From positions 1 through 26,296 of the IMG/VR virus record IMGVR_UViG_3300009602_000075: a stretch of 26,296 nt of DNA, one strand, 5' to 3'. The translations under genes and the position numbers were made by a program. Numbering within the stretch: position 1 is the stretch's first letter; every line of letters starts with the position of its first letter. Positions 25,872-26,296 of this stretch are shown one piece after another. The notes below the pieces were generated by a model that was given only the letters and a program-made list of their open reading frames with translations, had not been told where the DNA came from and did not search any database. This DNA comes from a virus (taxonomy: Duplodnaviria > Caudoviricetes).

Positions 25872-26295
25872 AGCGAGACTTTATGAATCCTCCAATCCAA
25901 TCTTGCATTTGACGCTTTTCGACGACGGCTCTGTACATATATTCATCAACCGTTCCTCCTGCCTGTAGAAAATATGTGGTCATGGGTCGTGTTTGTCCAA
26001 TGCGATCATTTCTCGCATCAGCTTGTTCCACGTGTGATAGGTCATAATCGATAGAGAAGAAGAATGTGTAGGCTGAAGCGGATAGATCTATGGACTCCGA
26101 AGCAGCAGCGAGTGAGCAGACGAGGACTTGAGACTTTCCCTTGATAAACGTTTCGATTGTTTTACGACGATCATCCGTAGAGTCACTTCCTGTGATCGAT
26201 CCCAAGCCCACATGCGTCCCACTATCGAGGTGGGCATCCCTGAGCGCTTCCGAGATTGCCTCGATTTCAGGTCGAAATCGCGCAAAGACCACGAC
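25864..26295 (-). CDS. SNF2-family helicase, C-terminal domain (5'-truncated by window edge)
   Basis: VVFARF, ITG, motif V SESIDL, motif VI QADARNDRIGQ, GTVDE; the frame is open to the window end. Confidence 0.85.
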   Translation of the reverse strand, partial: VVVFARFRPEIEAISEALRDAHLDSGTHVGLGSITGSDSTDDRRKTIETFIKGKSQVLVCSLAAASESIDLSASAYTFFFSIDYDLSHVEQADARNDRIGQTRPMTTYFLQAGGTVDEYMYRAVVEKRQMQDWIGGFIKSRYE

Positions 26296-26296
26296 T

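Noticed and set aside
557-26285. Numerous 60-130 aa antisense or alternate-frame ORFs in the track (e.g. 16651-17040, 11485-11835, 24491-24904)
   Set aside because: They lie within well-supported genes, lack SDs and recognisable motifs, and are expected shadow ORFs. Only 16908-17555 was kept, because it encodes a recognisable fold.
1-26296. Genome-wide stop-codon reassignment
   Set aside because: Standard-code ORFs tile both arms almost without gaps, and TAA, TGA and TAG all terminate genes at sensible boundaries.
1-26296. tRNA/rRNA genes, integrase, transposase, introns/inteins
   Set aside because: There is no intergenic space large enough and no such motifs were seen; the polymerase and helicase fragments are uninterrupted.

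Overview
This is a gene-dense fragment of a tailed dsDNA phage, probably podovirus-like: no tape-measure, tail-tube or sheath gene is recognisable, and there is no integrase or host gene. It has two convergent arms. The + arm (1-20533) runs: truncated portal; four putative internal/ejection proteins including a 2171-aa giant; scaffold; DUF5309/SU10-type major capsid; decoration protein; a GT2 glycosyltransferase-methyltransferase fusion; small structural proteins; head-tail adaptor; tail nozzle; a DUF559-like protein with an overlapping Arg-rich N-terminus; a repeat-rich tail fibre with chaperone; two holin-like membrane proteins with no endolysin; and a metallophosphoesterase. The - arm (20534-26296) runs: SNF2-type helicase (truncated), family A DNA polymerase, Zn-ribbon protein, Cas4/AddB-like exonuclease, Sak4-like AAA ATPase, DUF669-like SSB, VRR-NUC nuclease and hypotheticals. 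The most notable observations are a candidate virion glycosylation/methylation system inside the morphogenesis operon, a dual-coded protamine-like pseudo-nuclease, paralogous or repeated domains in the ejection proteins, twin hairpins bracketing the head cassette, and apparent complete avoidance of CCWGG. All family calls come from motif recognition by eye, not database searches.
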